DNA from: a virus
Taxonomy: Duplodnaviria; Caudoviricetes
Strand: one strand, 5' to 3'
IMG/VR virus record: IMGVR_UViG_3300025168_000100
Span: 1 to 57,893 of that record
DNA length: 57,893 nt
A model generated the notes under the pieces. That model made no database searches. It was given only the letters and a program-made list of their open reading frames with translations, and was not told the origin of the DNA. The position numbers and the translations under genes were made by a program. Below, in pieces: positions 15,243 through 26,400 of this stretch. Position 1 is the first letter of the stretch, and every line of letters begins with the position of its first letter.

Positions 15243-18200
15243 TTATTCAGTAGCTTCTCTTATTGCTTCTCTTATTTCTTCTCGAGCCTCCCTGTTAACT
15301 TCATCTATGTCTCCATATATATCTTCGTAAATCTCAGGGTATAATTTTTTAAAGTCTGTCTTACTCATCTTATCAGCCCCTCCTGTTTGAGCTCCTTCAT
15401 TTTTTGGCCTATAAGATGACGACACTCCAATAAGGTCATACACATCGCTTTCTATACCTTCTTCTGAACCACCACCAATTAAATTGTATAACCCTATAGC
15501 AGGGTCAACCCTTGTTCCTAAGATAATCTCTATGATAGGTTTGATTTTTCTATCAAGCCTAGACTCTCCCGTTTCTTTATCTTTTTTAGCAGCCTTTTTA
15601 ATTTCATATATTATCATATCAAGAGGGTTGACTACATCACTCTTGAACTGCGCACCGTAGCTTGGCTTAAAATCTTCTCCTTGAATAAGCTTCGCCCCGA
15701 GCTCCATTTGTTTTACGTTAGCACCAAGGAGAGGTATCTGATAAACTAAGTTAAGACCCATCATAGCTTCAGCTATTCTAGCATAAGCTTTTTCTTTATC
15801 CTCTTCGTCTCCTTTGGTAAGCAGCATGATGTTTGCCATTGTAGTAAACAAGACGTTTGCAATAGCATAGTTCATAACTAATCCCCTATAGTCTTCCGAC
15901 CTTCCTCTTTGAGCATATATTTTTTTAATTGATTCCTTGGCTTTTTGTTTAGTAGAAAAATCTGCATTGGCAATTTCATCTACTGCATTACCATACGAAT
16001 TCATAAGGTTCTTCGTATACTGCATAACCTTATTAATCTGTAAAAATATAGTGCTACCAAACATTATGAAAGGTCTGATAAGAGGGTGACGTATATTTTG
16101 AAGAGGAATTCTTTCAGTTGCCCTACGTGTCTGCTGCGTAGCGTTGTAGTTATTAAAAACTTCAACAGCTTGCTCTTGACCCATTCCGTTTTTAATATTC
16201 CTACGATAGTTAACCATATATCCTAATACTCCACCTATATCTCCAATAGATGTCGTCGCTCCGGCTGCGGTACGAGCTCCTCTTAGTACACGCCCTGCTT
16301 TGGTTTTACTCTTCTTTATTTTTCCCTTAGGGTTTTGCCCCGACTCAAGACCGTATACGTCGCCTTCCAATCCTTGAGCAATACGCTCATCAAAAGTAGC
16401 TGACATTTCTCTAGCCTTAGCTAACGGTCCGTCTTGTGTAAATATCTCTATTCCTAACTCAGCTATTAAGGTAGCTGTGTCTACCATAAACATTACCAAG
16501 TCGATAGGATTAGACACAACTTTAGGTACGTTACTATTTTCCCCAAAGTATCTGTAATTAGTAACAGCCATCGCAAACGAAGACGCCTGCTTAGGTATTT
16601 GCATAACCTTATATGCAAGAGCAAACCCTGTGTACTTTCTTGAAAGCGCGTCAATTATATTGTCGGCATTGGAAGCTTTGACTCCTGCATTAGGATTTAT
16701 ATGGTTGTTTATCAGTTGCTTTAAAGTGCTTTTTACAAATAGCTCATCTAACAAAACATCTACAGCCTCAATATTAAAGAACTCATTAAGCTGTCTTACA
16801 CCCTTAGCATAAGCCTTATACTTCTCCATGGTGTCAATATGATTTTCTAGTACTCCTGTAAATGAAGCATCAAATAGAATTGCACCTTCGGTATCAGTAC
16901 GCTCTTTCAAAGCAGGAGCCGTATCCGCGTTAAAGATGCCGCTGAAATCTCCGTCAGTTAACATCTTGCCGTCTACATTTGACTGCTCTGTACGTGTAGG
17001 AAAGTAGTTAGGAATAAAACCTAAGTTTACATCATTAACATCAGCGTATACATTGTTTACGGAGTCAAAATAAACCTCACTTAGATACTGTACTACTATG
17101 TCTGCAAAACCTACAAGCTCCGGACCAAGCTCTGCTTTAATTCTTTCTAAAGTTCCTGCATCAATACCTTGAGCTTCAAGCTTGGCACGTTGAACTTCAT
17201 TAAGACTAAGTGCATATATTCTTAAGAGCTCATCTGTATTAAAAGCTTTCTTGTACGTCTTACCATCTTTAATTAATTGAATAGTAAGTTTGGTCTCTTT
17301 AAATATACCACGCTCCATAGCTTGCTTCACCCCGGCGTACCCCTTCTCAAAGCCTGCTCTTTTAGCTAACTCATTCATTACCGCACGCATCTTTCTTTTC
17401 CCTTTAGCGTGAGTCTCTACCATGCGGTTAAGTCTATTGTAAACTTTTTCTCTAAATACATTTTTACCGTCCACTACTTTATCAGCAAGATTAGTAATGG
17501 TTTCACTATGTATCATGTTTCCTCTCATAAAGTTTCTTATAAGACTTGGGATAGAACTATCAAGTATCCCCCTCCCTATAGCACGCAAACCTTTTACTAC
17601 CCCCTTTTCTTTGAAGGATTGGTAGATATTTTTTCGGTTGTCTTTACGTTGGTCTTCGTTTAATACATTACCGTCTTCATCAAAGAACTCAGGGTTTGTT
17701 TCTTGGATTTGTTCTGTTACTTCTTTAGATTCAGCTTGATATTCAGCTGCACGTTGAGCTCTCTTTTCTTTCAGCTTCGCTACAGATTCTGCAGTTAGTT
17801 CGTTGATAGTGCTAAGAACGCCCTGCATTTCTTCCTCCGTCATGTTATCTACGTTGCGTAACATGTCAAAAGCTATCTGCCTATCCATTAACGCACGCTC
17901 TTTACGAGTTAAGGTCTCGCCTTCTAAGAGTTCTTTATTGTATATCCTATTTATCTCAGCTTCATTATCCTGCAAGAACTTAGCTTCCGATTGTAAGAAT
18001 GCCTGCCTTATATCTGCACTGCTCTGAATAACACTCTTCGCTACTCTCTTCAAAGCTGTCATAAGGTTCTGTATAGAGGGGTCTACACCTGTACTCCTTC
18101 TCTTGCCGCTCTGAGTCTTACGTACTTTAACTTTAGATTTAATAGCATTAACAATATCCTTTAATGTACTCTTACGCTTTCTGTTCTTTTGGCTGTCTAT

Positions 18201-21200
18201 TATCTTCTTTACCTTCTCAATTTGTACCGCTAAATCCTTGGCGTTTTTAGTGTTGGATACCGCACGAGCTATCCTTTTTATTTCTGCTTCAGTATAGTCT
18301 TTAGACTTCTGTAGGTTTTCTTGAATAAATGTAGTAAGTTGAGCTTGGGCATCCTTCAAATTAGTAAGAGCATTGTTACCTATATCGCTTAACCTCTTAG
18401 CTATTGACCTCTCGGTCTGCTCCTCTACAGCCGTGTCTTCGGTAACGCCTACCTCTTCGGTAACGCCTACCTCTTCGGTAACGCCTACCTCTTCGGTAAC
18501 GTCTACACCCTCTGTAGTATCTTCTGTAATCTCTACACTCTCTGTAGTAGCCACCTCCTCAGCTAACCCAACCTCTTCATCTACCTGTGTTTCTTCAGTG
18601 GCTTCTATGCCTTCTTCTATGCCTTCTTCTACTACAGCTTCGGTATCAGTTTCTATTTGTAACCCCGAGCCTTCCTCAAACTCTTGTTGGACACCTTCTC
18701 TTTCCTGTCTTTGTTCTTCGTCTATTTGCTCCTTTGTTTTTACACCTTCTTCTTCAGTAACCTCCACCTCTTCTGTAGTCTCTACGTCTTCGGTAACCTC
18801 AGTACCTTCACCTAAGATTGCATCTACTTCTGCTGCTGCCTCTGCAGCTACATCCTCTTGGAGCTTCTCATCAAGTTTGGCTTTAACCTCATCATCATTA
18901 GTTACCTCAGCTTTAGACCGAAGCAAACGGCGCACAGACTTCTTATCTATAGCTGCTAAAAATTCAGCTTTAGTTACGTCCCTTCCGTTCAAACGATATC
19001 TACCTACACCCTCACGAATATCTATGTTTGTCGCAGGTCCGATACCCGTTATAGAAGGCAAGACTGTCTGACTTTCTGAATCTCGTAGTGCCTGAGTGTT
19101 AGCTAGTTCAGCGAGCTCTGCATTAATCTCTCGTATTTTATCTGAAAATACTTGCTTTCGATTGGTTGTAGAAGACAGTTCATCTCTTGCCGATAACAAC
19201 TCCATAACTCTTTGGCTTACGGAATTATCATTGGTCTCTACCAATTGATTGGCTTCACGGCGAAGCCCTAAGTTTTCCATTATCCTTTGGTTCTGCTCAG
19301 GAGTTATCTGCCCGAGCTCAAGCATGTTATTAGCCCAAGTGGTAATACGACTACCCGATGCCTTCTCTTTCATCATCCCCTCTATAGTCATTAAGTCCTG
19401 AGCAATAGAAATTTTATTGTTAGCTATAGCATCTAAGGTGATATTCATACCGGCAAAAGCGGTGTTGTTACCAAAGCCTCCCAACATTTCGGCAGTTATA
19501 TCTTTACCGCTTATCTCTTGACCGGATACTACTTGGGCTGATAATTCACCGAACCCTTCGGCCACAGGGTCAAATACCATACGCTCACCCACAAACGCCG
19601 CAGCTTTAACCGGATTGGTAGACAATCTACCTGCAGTAAATATCCTGCCTGATAACCCGGTACTCAAATAATCTACTATAGCAATAGGAATACCACGACT
19701 AAAACCAATTCTCCTACCCTCATCCCATACGTTTTCATCTAAGAACGCTTGCTCTACTTGCAATGGGTCGGTTATATCATAACCTTGATTTCCCATAGCA
19801 TCGAACACAGCGTTAGTATATTCCATAGCTAATGACGTTGCAGCAAAACCTGTCCTTGAGCCGTACGCTGCTCCCCCTATGATACCTGCAGGCACAGTAA
19901 CTTCAGCCAATGGGCCGCCTGCTAGACCTACCCCCGCTCCTACTCCCGCTCCTGTCACTGCGCCTCCTCCTATTAACTTTACTCCATAAGGTAGCATCTG
20001 CGATAAAGACTCTCCGGCTAAAGTAAGTGACAGCTCTAAAGGGTTGTCATATACTACCTGAAACACTTCCCAAAAACCTTTGGCTTGATGGTATCTATTG
20101 GTCACCCTGCTTACATCTCCTGTATTGGCCTTGTCCATGTAGTCTACTACAGCTTGTGCAATTTCGGCACGACTAGCATCGTCATCTAAATCATCAAGAC
20201 CAAGAGATAATCTAAGTATTTCTTCTGCTGCCTGCCCCCTATTCCATCCTGCAGCTACACTGCTCGTAAATCCTTCTACATTCTCTATAAGATTGCCTCG
20301 TAAATTAGGGTCAAATTTTGCGTCGAACCATGTGCTTGCCACTTGATATTCATTGGCTGCCATTTGAGACAACATATTGGCGTCAGCTCTACCTCCATTT
20401 ATTTCGTTGAGAAGGTTTTGTTCATACTCATTAGCCGGGGTTATAGTAGACAATTCATCTAAACCTACACCAAAAGCATCTAAAGCTCTTTGATTTAAGT
20501 CTGACTGAAAAAGCACAGCCACTTGGTTTACTTGTGCTGCTCCCGCTGCTTTTTCTTGAAACACTTCGTCCATCTTTACATCGAAGTCTTCTGTTATTGT
20601 TACATACTCGTCTTCATTAATAATGTCAAAACGTAAGTCTATTTCTTCCTGTAAGGGCTCTGTAAATGTCAAATAATCATTACGCCTCACTCCATTGATG
20701 TAGTATTTTTCACCATACTTTGCTTTTTCTTCATCGCCAAGTTCGTCTAAATATAAAGGAGCTCTATTAATAAAATAAAGTTCATCTTGGCTCATATGGT
20801 AAGCGTCATAGTTTGCTTTGTAGGCTTCATAGTTCAATCCACGTTCAGCAAAAAACGATTGAGCTGCTATGTCTACTGCATTAACATCTTCCCACGAGCC
20901 TTCTGCAAAAGCATTAGCCTCTTCTGCGTCTTCAAATAAAAATACCTCGCCTCTTTCAACAGCTTCTTCATAAGCATCCATACCTTCTAGCTCTGTCCAA
21001 TATCTCGAATGGTTGCTATAGTTGTTTGGGTCAGTAGGAAAAAGTGTAGGTACTACTACATTTTCACCGTCTACTTCCATAGACGTAAACATTACTGTAG
21101 AATGTGTACCGTCATCATTTGTTCTATAGGTATCTCTTAAATTGGTTGCTCTCCACGCCCTATTAAGAACAGCTTCTTCTTCTTCATCAAGAGCTGTACT

Positions 21201-22049
21201 TGGAATTCCATGTTCTTGAATAAAGTTTTTGACCTTATCCATTTCTCCGTCTACAAGCTCTCCATTAATACGTACAGATACAGTCATCCTCTGTTTATCC
21301 GGAGCAATAACTTCTATGTCTCCGCCAATAATGGAAGCGTCTTGGAATATCATTCCGAATTCTCCAAACTGAGAAGTAAAATAATCTATAGCACCTTTGT
21401 CCGAAGCTGCTAAATTTCCCACAGTAGTAGTAGCTAAAGCGTCAGCTAATTCAGTACTTTCTAACAATTCGGTTCTCCTTTTTTCCGCTTCCATTTCACC
21501 CTCAACCTCCTCTTTCCTTTGTCTTTCATCTACTAAAGGTATCTGTGCTTCTATACGCGCTTGCGTCGTGGCCACATCTAAACCATACTGCGCCCATGCA
21601 TTCTCAAGACTTTGGTCGTCCGGATACATACCAAGGCTAACTGCTGACAGGGGTTCTTCATACCCCGTTTCACGCGTGTCTTGACCTGTAGTTGTCGTTG
21701 TGGTTAAAGCCTCTATAACATCTTCATTCGCGTAAAAAGCCTCAGGTGTCAGCGTCTGCTCTACTGCAACAGGAGTTTCTTCTTCAACCTGTGGTGAAAC
21801 CAAAGAACCATCGTCCCCAACAGATTCCGTATCGACTGCGATAACTTCGTCTTTTTTTTTTACGCCTACTAGAATAGAAAAATCTTCTACAGTTCTATCT
21901 GCAGGGTATCCCTGAGACTTAATGTAGTTGAAATTATCTGTTAAGACTTCTTCATCGACAGCAAGCAATGCTTGAAACTCCTCTATAGATTTACCATAGC
22001 CTTGAGATACCGCTCTATTAAATAAGTCTGCTAATACTTCTTCGTCCAT
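15243..22049 (-). CDS. Very large internal virion / ejection protein (2268 aa)
   Basis: Last gene of the morphogenesis block; Gly-rich hydrophobic segment, acidic linker, helical C-terminus. No RNAP motif seen. Confidence 0.7.
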   Translation of the reverse strand: MDEEVLADLFNRAVSQGYGKSIEEFQALLAVDEEVLTDNFNYIKSQGYPADRTVEDFSILVGVKKKDEVIAVDTESVGDDGSLVSPQVEEETPVAVEQTLTPEAFYANEDVIEALTTTTTTGQDTRETGYEEPLSAVSLGMYPDDQSLENAWAQYGLDVATTQARIEAQIPLVDERQRKEEVEGEMEAEKRRTELLESTELADALATTTVGNLAASDKGAIDYFTSQFGEFGMIFQDASIIGGDIEVIAPDKQRMTVSVRINGELVDGEMDKVKNFIQEHGIPSTALDEEEEAVLNRAWRATNLRDTYRTNDDGTHSTVMFTSMEVDGENVVVPTLFPTDPNNYSNHSRYWTELEGMDAYEEAVERGEVFLFEDAEEANAFAEGSWEDVNAVDIAAQSFFAERGLNYEAYKANYDAYHMSQDELYFINRAPLYLDELGDEEKAKYGEKYYINGVRRNDYLTFTEPLQEEIDLRFDIINEDEYVTITEDFDVKMDEVFQEKAAGAAQVNQVAVLFQSDLNQRALDAFGVGLDELSTITPANEYEQNLLNEINGGRADANMLSQMAANEYQVASTWFDAKFDPNLRGNLIENVEGFTSSVAAGWNRGQAAEEILRLSLGLDDLDDDASRAEIAQAVVDYMDKANTGDVSRVTNRYHQAKGFWEVFQVVYDNPLELSLTLAGESLSQMLPYGVKLIGGGAVTGAGVGAGVGLAGGPLAEVTVPAGIIGGAAYGSRTGFAATSLAMEYTNAVFDAMGNQGYDITDPLQVEQAFLDENVWDEGRRIGFSRGIPIAIVDYLSTGLSGRIFTAGRLSTNPVKAAAFVGERMVFDPVAEGFGELSAQVVSGQEISGKDITAEMLGGFGNNTAFAGMNITLDAIANNKISIAQDLMTIEGMMKEKASGSRITTWANNMLELGQITPEQNQRIMENLGLRREANQLVETNDNSVSQRVMELLSARDELSSTTNRKQVFSDKIREINAELAELANTQALRDSESQTVLPSITGIGPATNIDIREGVGRYRLNGRDVTKAEFLAAIDKKSVRRLLRSKAEVTNDDEVKAKLDEKLQEDVAAEAAAEVDAILGEGTEVTEDVETTEEVEVTEEEGVKTKEQIDEEQRQEREGVQQEFEEGSGLQIETDTEAVVEEGIEEGIEATEETQVDEEVGLAEEVATTESVEITEDTTEGVDVTEEVGVTEEVGVTEEVGVTEDTAVEEQTERSIAKRLSDIGNNALTNLKDAQAQLTTFIQENLQKSKDYTEAEIKRIARAVSNTKNAKDLAVQIEKVKKIIDSQKNRKRKSTLKDIVNAIKSKVKVRKTQSGKRRSTGVDPSIQNLMTALKRVAKSVIQSSADIRQAFLQSEAKFLQDNEAEINRIYNKELLEGETLTRKERALMDRQIAFDMLRNVDNMTEEEMQGVLSTINELTAESVAKLKEKRAQRAAEYQAESKEVTEQIQETNPEFFDEDGNVLNEDQRKDNRKNIYQSFKEKGVVKGLRAIGRGILDSSIPSLIRNFMRGNMIHSETITNLADKVVDGKNVFREKVYNRLNRMVETHAKGKRKMRAVMNELAKRAGFEKGYAGVKQAMERGIFKETKLTIQLIKDGKTYKKAFNTDELLRIYALSLNEVQRAKLEAQGIDAGTLERIKAELGPELVGFADIVVQYLSEVYFDSVNNVYADVNDVNLGFIPNYFPTRTEQSNVDGKMLTDGDFSGIFNADTAPALKERTDTEGAILFDASFTGVLENHIDTMEKYKAYAKGVRQLNEFFNIEAVDVLLDELFVKSTLKQLINNHINPNAGVKASNADNIIDALSRKYTGFALAYKVMQIPKQASSFAMAVTNYRYFGENSNVPKVVSNPIDLVMFMVDTATLIAELGIEIFTQDGPLAKAREMSATFDERIAQGLEGDVYGLESGQNPKGKIKKSKTKAGRVLRGARTAAGATTSIGDIGGVLGYMVNYRRNIKNGMGQEQAVEVFNNYNATQQTRRATERIPLQNIRHPLIRPFIMFGSTIFLQINKVMQYTKNLMNSYGNAVDEIANADFSTKQKAKESIKKIYAQRGRSEDYRGLVMNYAIANVLFTTMANIMLLTKGDEEDKEKAYARIAEAMMGLNLVYQIPLLGANVKQMELGAKLIQGEDFKPSYGAQFKSDVVNPLDMIIYEIKKAAKKDKETGESRLDRKIKPIIEIILGTRVDPAIGLYNLIGGGSEEGIESDVYDLIGVSSSYRPKNEGAQTGGADKMSKTDFKKLYPEIYEDIYGDIDEVNREAREEIREAIREATE
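18436..18501. repeat. 18-bp in-frame tandem repeat (3 copies + partial) encoding VTEEVG
   Basis: TCTTCGGTAACGCCTACC at 18436, 18454 and 18472, partial at 18490. Confidence 0.95.
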
Positions 22050-22055
22050 AGTTTA

Positions 22056-24026
22056 TTATTTCTTTCTGTAATCGACTCCTCCGCCGCTTGTAGTTTCTAC
22101 TGTACCTCTACGTGAAGCAAAGTCACTAGCTTGCTGTTCGGCAGGCGCATTGGATAAATAGAACTGTACAAGTTGATTCTTTAATCTTTCAAGGTACTGA
22201 GATTGAGTGTCGGTAGTCATACCGTCAAGGTCAAATTCAGCCAACTCCCCTTTTGACACTACTTCCCCTGCTTTATTTAACACTTTATAAGTTATGCCTA
22301 CTACATCATCCATTCCGTAATCTCTTTCTTCTACTGTAAAAACAAAATTACCCGGCATACTTGCTAATACAGACTCCACATTCTTTTTGGTTTGGGTTTC
22401 ATCATCGGCAATAAATACACTGTCATAGCCTACATATGAAGCCTCAATATCCTGAGTTAGTTGAGCTAGTACAGTCTCTCTAAGACTTTGTTTACCCACA
22501 GTAGTAGTAGCACTTGTTACAGTTCTACCTGTCGTAGGAGATTCCAAACCTATTCCGTCAAGACCTGAAGCTGTAATAGTTTGGTTTACATCTGTTATAA
22601 TTTTATCTTGAGGTAAGAAGAAATTAGTTGCCCCTGTTACCCAACTTCTTTCGTTTAAATTAACTTCGCCGTCCTTGAACGCAAGATTTTCTTTTCGCAC
22701 ATTACCTTTGCTGTCAGCATAAGTGATACTTACACCCGTGTCACTTCGTGTAATAGACTGTATAGAAGGATTTATAGACCTTAAGAAATCTTCTGCTTCC
22801 CTAAATTGTGTCTCATTACCGCTATATAATTTTCTTACGTTAGTTAAAGCGTTGCTTTGGAACTCATCGCCCTGTCTTTCATCACGTGCACCCCCTGATT
22901 CCGGAGTGTAATCAGGAACCACCTTCGTATTCACCACCTCTACGTCCACCTTACTACGCACGCTTGCACGTATAGCTTCTCGTACAAGCTCCTCTTGTTC
23001 CTCCGAGTACTCAGGATTAGGCATTGCCCCGGGATTGTCTTGGTTAACATAAATCATATTTCCTCCCGCCTCATCTTTATTTCTTGTAAACGTAAAAACC
23101 TCTCCACTACCTTGTCCCTCTCCATTATAAACACCAAGAGAGTTGGTAAGGATAGACGAGGTGTGATAAGGGTTAGACATTATGTCGCTTAGAAACAAAT
23201 CTTCTCCGGCAAGGTATATATTAAATGCCTCGCCCTCTTCTACAGACAGTCCCAATTGTTTAATTTCTTCGGTGGTTAATTCTTTGTCCCACCCATTAGT
23301 ACGCATCTGCGTAATAAGACCTTTTGCTTCATCACCACCTATCCTTCGAGCAATTTTATCCCATGTACCTAGCTTGTCTACATAAGTTGTTGAAGCTGCC
23401 TCTAAATCGTACTTGTCAGCATTAAACAAAACTAAAGAGTTAAAGGTAGAAGCACTCACCAAAGAGTTAGGGTCGGCTATTAGTCTGCCTTCGGGGTCAA
23501 GCTTGCCTATACTAACACTCGAGGTCTCAGGGTTTACTAGAAATCCTGACTCATCGAAGTTAAAGAAACTTTGCACCTGCTCAAAAGCCCACGACTCAAG
23601 CCTTTGGCTTTCTCCTAACTCATCATTGCCACCCTGTGCTCTAGCCACCTTGTCTGCATATGTGGTTTGGAAATCATTAAAAACTTTAATCATATTATCC
23701 GTCCCGTCAGTTAGGTTTTGACGCATAATAGTATACTCATTCAACTTAAGAGTTCCATTCTTTAACAAACGGTCTTGCATAAGCATTTGCTGCTCTAATT
23801 GGTGAGCCGCTTGAAGCCACCACTGATTAGCGGTAGCGTGTTGGCCTTGCTCTACAGAGTTAAGCTCGCCAATATAATCTCTTGACGCTTGATTTATAGC
23901 AGCTTTTTTATCTGCACGCTCTTGTAATGCACCGGTAATGCTACCACTTACTTCAGTAGCAATTTCATTCCAATTTATTTGCGCCTCCCTAGCTTGGGGT
24001 TGGTATCCAAAATATGTTTTAGCCAT
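22056..24026 (-). CDS. Internal virion / ejection protein
   Basis: Position in the three-gene ejection cluster; 656 aa. Confidence 0.6.
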   Translation of the reverse strand: MAKTYFGYQPQAREAQINWNEIATEVSGSITGALQERADKKAAINQASRDYIGELNSVEQGQHATANQWWLQAAHQLEQQMLMQDRLLKNGTLKLNEYTIMRQNLTDGTDNMIKVFNDFQTTYADKVARAQGGNDELGESQRLESWAFEQVQSFFNFDESGFLVNPETSSVSIGKLDPEGRLIADPNSLVSASTFNSLVLFNADKYDLEAASTTYVDKLGTWDKIARRIGGDEAKGLITQMRTNGWDKELTTEEIKQLGLSVEEGEAFNIYLAGEDLFLSDIMSNPYHTSSILTNSLGVYNGEGQGSGEVFTFTRNKDEAGGNMIYVNQDNPGAMPNPEYSEEQEELVREAIRASVRSKVDVEVVNTKVVPDYTPESGGARDERQGDEFQSNALTNVRKLYSGNETQFREAEDFLRSINPSIQSITRSDTGVSITYADSKGNVRKENLAFKDGEVNLNERSWVTGATNFFLPQDKIITDVNQTITASGLDGIGLESPTTGRTVTSATTTVGKQSLRETVLAQLTQDIEASYVGYDSVFIADDETQTKKNVESVLASMPGNFVFTVEERDYGMDDVVGITYKVLNKAGEVVSKGELAEFDLDGMTTDTQSQYLERLKNQLVQFYLSNAPAEQQASDFASRRGTVETTSGGGVDYRKK

Positions 24027-24037
24027 AGTTTATTTAT

Positions 24038-24973
24038 TTATCGCCCCATTACCATTGTGTACTCTGCTTCACTCCTAAAAGGCTTCATAGTCTGAGGATT
24101 AATTTGCCCCTTCCAAAACACAGGTTCAGATGTATAGTTAACAGGACCCATAAATTCACCCTCTCCCGGTAGGGGTTGTCTTAAAGGAGCTCCTTGAGAG
24201 ATGGTTTTTACAGGAGCACCACTAGCTATAGTGTTACCCGTAGTTGCTGTCGTAGGGAACATATTCCTAATCTCTTTATTCGTAAAGTTTTTAGTCATGT
24301 AGTCTCTAAACTGTAGGTTGGACATATTCGCTACACCCCCCGTTCCTGTAGGGTCATACTGTTTAGCTACGTCAGCTTGAAAAGTAGCGTTAGAGTCCAT
24401 TTGTCCACTTACAGCTTTCTCTGAACCGTACAGAGAAGCTCCCTGTATTGCACCGCTAACCATCTGCCCGCCGGCTTGAACAGCCTGAGCTGTATGCATT
24501 TGAGCCATCTCACCTTCTCTAGCTGCAGCTAATTGAGCTCCCGCAGCTTCCTGTAAATTTATCTGTGTCTTTACATCACGCAAACGAGAGTCTTCCTCAG
24601 CTACAGCAGCGTCAAGGTTGAAGATAGTTTTCTCCAACTCCGCTCGCTGCACATCTGTCATAGCTTGCTGTGACGCGAGCACACGCCCCGCTGTAGGAGC
24701 TACACCACGTTGGTCACCCTCCCTTGCTGCTTCAAGGACATTAGCACCCACCTGCAACATCTGCTCTGCTTGCTGCTCATAGGCTTCCATAGGTATAGCA
24801 AGGGACTCCATATAGTTAACATCGAGTCTTTTCATAGCCTCTGACATTTTTCTTTCAGCCGCGGCCTCAGCTTTCGCCTGCGCGTCTTTAGCTTGGTTAG
24901 CTTGGTCTATACTATAGCCCATTTGAACCCCCGCAACTACTACGGTGGCTATTAGTGCTCCTATTGCTGTCAT
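24038..24973 (-). CDS. Internal virion / ejection (pilot-like) protein
   Basis: Hydrophobic N-terminus followed by Ala/Gln-rich helices. Confidence 0.65.
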   Translation of the reverse strand: MTAIGALIATVVVAGVQMGYSIDQANQAKDAQAKAEAAAERKMSEAMKRLDVNYMESLAIPMEAYEQQAEQMLQVGANVLEAAREGDQRGVAPTAGRVLASQQAMTDVQRAELEKTIFNLDAAVAEEDSRLRDVKTQINLQEAAGAQLAAAREGEMAQMHTAQAVQAGGQMVSGAIQGASLYGSEKAVSGQMDSNATFQADVAKQYDPTGTGGVANMSNLQFRDYMTKNFTNKEIRNMFPTTATTGNTIASGAPVKTISQGAPLRQPLPGEGEFMGPVNYTSEPVFWKGQINPQTMKPFRSEAEYTMVMGR

Positions 24974-25479
24974 TTTCCTTGTATTTTCATTATTAATTCT
25001 TCACCCAAATCTTTATAGTTGTCAGCATATAACTCAAGCTCTGCTTCTTCTACACTAGTAGCGTCAGTTTTATATACACATGTAATAACAGTATCTTCAT
25101 GAGCATATATTATTCTCTGAGCTCCTATCTGAGTGAATATAGTATAAGGAGCGCTCACCGTATACACCTCTCCGTCATGACCTATGTAAGACATCCTACC
25201 TTTAAGAAGAAAGGTGGGGTGTTGATGTTTGTGAATTAGACTTATTATCAATTGCCCTTTCGTTAAAGACAATTGACGAGTATATAATCCTCCTTCAAAT
25301 GTATGCTTTAAAGGGGCACATTTTTTTAACCCCTCCGACTGAGGCTCTCCTGCTTTATGAGTAAGAGCTCCCGGTAGTGAGGATATATGTTCCTTAAAAT
25401 TAGCTATTCTTTCCCACAACAAACCTCCGCTTTGGGCTACATCAGTTAGCATTTTAACAGGTAGAGTATCATTTTGCAT
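24970..25479 (-). CDS. Cupin-fold protein
   Basis: HTFEGGLYTRQLSLTKGQLIISLIHKHQHPTFLLKG cupin-like pattern. Confidence 0.65.
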   Translation of the reverse strand: MQNDTLPVKMLTDVAQSGGLLWERIANFKEHISSLPGALTHKAGEPQSEGLKKCAPLKHTFEGGLYTRQLSLTKGQLIISLIHKHQHPTFLLKGRMSYIGHDGEVYTVSAPYTIFTQIGAQRIIYAHEDTVITCVYKTDATSVEEAELELYADNYKDLGEELIMKIQGK

Positions 25480-25485
25480 TACCTA

Positions 25486-25493
25486 CAAAGATA
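25486..25493 (-). promoter_or_regulatory. -7 box TATCTTTG, 6 nt before ATG
   Basis: CAAAGATA on the + strand. Confidence 0.6.
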
Positions 25494-25499
25494 GTAAAA

Positions 25500-26381
25500 T
25501 TATGGAAAACTCTTCATAACATCTGATTGCACCGCAAATAACTGTATTGCATTAGTAGAATCGTTAGTTAAAGTCACGCGAGCATAAGCACCAAGGATAC
25601 CATGAGCCTCAGCTACAGAGTTTTTAAGGTATAAATAATATAATACCGGGGCTGTAGGTAAGTTGCCGCTTGCTACAGTAGTGTCTACTACCAATTGGTT
25701 TATTCCCGCTTGAGGATTTACGTTAATAGCGGTAACAATGCCACAGAAAGTAGGGGCTGCCATAGTCGCAGGAGGTACTACAGGAGTAGAAAAATATAAT
25801 TTGTCACCAACATTAATGATACCATTGACTTTTACAGCAGCAGGATAATTTATCTGTACCGCTGCAGGAGCAGCTGTGTCAATAGTTATGCTTTGGCCTA
25901 TACCATTTACTGACCTTAAGCTATAGTTAGGAGCGCTTGTGTCTGAACCACTATTGTCTATAGTGTCTGAAGTACGTATAAAAGCAAACCATACCCCTTC
26001 TTTTTTTTCAAACCACGGGTAGCTAATTGTACCCTCGAGCTCGATATCTGTAACGATAGTAGTATCCCAAGCAGCATGTGACGTAGCTGCAGATGAAGAG
26101 TCTTCAGCCCCTTGAAAAGCTATAGTTTTAAATAGCTTATTCTCAACAGGCCCTTCGTTAAATACTGTTTCTACCCTAGAACTTACCGCTGCCCCGTAAT
26201 ATGTGTTATACAACGAAGTATTAGAATGATGCCTATACAGCCGTCCTTGGTAAAACGTGTAAAAACTATTGCTCATACCCGCCATATAGTCAGGAGTAAA
26301 ACTATAAAATGAAGGCCACCCCTTGATTCTTGTGTCAGAGTCGTATTTTAAAGTATAAGGTAGGGTTATAGGATGTGCCAT
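25500..26381 (-). CDS. Tail muzzle/stabilisation protein, C-terminal part
   Basis: GWPSFYSFTPDYM...FYTF...VFNE...KLFKTI...KKEGVWFAFI resembles the C-terminal region of crAss-like muzzle proteins. Confidence 0.6.
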   Translation of the reverse strand: MAHPITLPYTLKYDSDTRIKGWPSFYSFTPDYMAGMSNSFYTFYQGRLYRHHSNTSLYNTYYGAAVSSRVETVFNEGPVENKLFKTIAFQGAEDSSSAATSHAAWDTTIVTDIELEGTISYPWFEKKEGVWFAFIRTSDTIDNSGSDTSAPNYSLRSVNGIGQSITIDTAAPAAVQINYPAAVKVNGIINVGDKLYFSTPVVPPATMAAPTFCGIVTAINVNPQAGINQLVVDTTVASGNLPTAPVLYYLYLKNSVAEAHGILGAYARVTLTNDSTNAIQLFAVQSDVMKSFP

Positions 26382-26400
26382 AAGTTATTATCTATAGAGT

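Noticed and set aside
15243-22049. Virion RNA polymerase like that of crAss-like phages (similar size)
   Set aside because: No DxDxD catalytic motif in a plausible context was found; EDFDVK and TDGDFS do not fit. Remote homology cannot be excluded without a structure search.
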